64,000 nt of DNA from Pseudomonadota bacterium (GTDB lineage: Bacteria > Pseudomonadota > Gammaproteobacteria > UBA5335): positions 867,055-931,054 of the forward strand of contig BTVR01000002.1 of the NCBI GenBank assembly GCA_045864775.1, given 5' to 3'. How positions within the stretch are numbered: position 1 is the first letter of the stretch; the number at the start of each line of letters is the position of its first letter. The translations under genes and the position numbers were made by a program. Under the pieces are notes generated by a model that saw only the letters and a list, made by a program, of their open reading frames with translations, was not told the origin of the DNA and did not search any database. Below, piece by piece: positions 63,435 to 64,000 of the stretch.

Positions 63435-64000
63435 ATGGACGGAATCCCGGCGCAGCAAGCGCCTCTGGCGGCAGCCGTACTGATCACCGGCGCTTCCTAC
63501 GGCCTCGGTTATGAGCTGGCGCGCTGCTTCGCAGCCGACCGGCATGACCTGATTCTGGTGGCCCGCAGCGGCGAGCGCCTCGCGGCCGTCGCCGCGGAAT
63601 TGCGCGCGGCGCACGGCATCGCCGTCGACACGATCGCCATGGATCTGGCCCGTCCCGAGGCGGCCCGCGAGCTGTTCGCGGAGGTCCAGCGGCGCGGCCA
63701 TGCGGTCGAGACGCTGGTCAACAACGCCGGTTTCGGCACCTATGGCCGCTTCTCCGACATCGATTTCGACGCCGAGACCCGGCAGATGCAGCTCAACATG
63801 CTCACCCCGACCCAGCTCACCAAGCTGTTCCTGCCCAGCATGCTGGGCCGGCGGCGCGGCCAGGTCGTGAACATGGCCTCCATGGCCGGCTACACGCCGG
63901 GCCCCTACATGGCGATCTATTTCGCCTCCAAGGCCTATCTGCTGTCCTTCTCCGAGGCCATCGCCGCGGAACTGCGCGGCTCCGGCGTCGCGGTCACGGC
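63435..64000 (+). CDS. Short-chain dehydrogenase/reductase (3' end outside the window)
   Basis: This ORF is not in the supplied track because it runs off the window. I translated it by hand: the ATG at 63435 follows aggag, and ITGASYGLG, NNAG and the YFASK (YxxxK) motif are present. Confidence 0.85.
   Translation, partial: MDGIPAQQAPLAAAVLITGASYGLGYELARCFAADRHDLILVARSGERLAAVAAELRAAHGIAVDTIAMDLARPEAARELFAEVQRRGHAVETLVNNAGFGTYGRFSDIDFDAETRQMQLNMLTPTQLTKLFLPSMLGRRRGQVVNMASMAGYTPGPYMAIYFASKAYLLSFSEAIAAELRGSGVAVT

Overview
The window is GC-rich chromosomal DNA, roughly two-thirds G+C by eye (not computed). Gene order is typical of a gammaproteobacterium. Most of it is conserved housekeeping sequence. 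In order: recN(3' part)-fur-bamE-rnfH-smpB-ssrA; a PBP5/6-type carboxypeptidase, dat, ybeD and lipB; the full atpIBEFHAGDC operon; parAB-rsmG; an Rrf2-regulated sufBCDS-sufU-sufT operon lying divergent to a short-form cydAB; rnr-rlmB; tRNA-Leu(CAG); purA-hisZ-hflCK-hflX-hfq-miaA-mutL; fdxA; xerD; ispG; hrpA. I found no CRISPR array, no rRNA and no clearly novel multi-gene system.

The accessory content is concentrated in four places:
- A roughly 6.7 kb decayed prophage or island sits directly after the tmRNA gene. It has an intact holin/endolysin cassette, frameshifted tail genes, a truncated large serine recombinase and several orphan genes. It is followed by a second, diverged copy of the tmRNA 3' end, its terminator hairpin and a roughly 250-nt downstream module.
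- An orphan 262-aa protein with an RNxxxH (HEPN-like) motif is appended to the rnr-rlmB operon.
- A low-GC islet after ispG carries a DUF2971-family gene that is split exactly at an A8 homopolymer.
- Two tandem paralogous glycine-zipper, His-rich secreted proteins lie after hrpA.

I also recognise a yybP-ykoY (Mn2+) riboswitch in front of a UPF0016/GDT1-family gene, and an IscR-like palindrome in the suf/cyd control region. All calls come from reading the ORF translations and the sequence by eye. No database search or computation was run.
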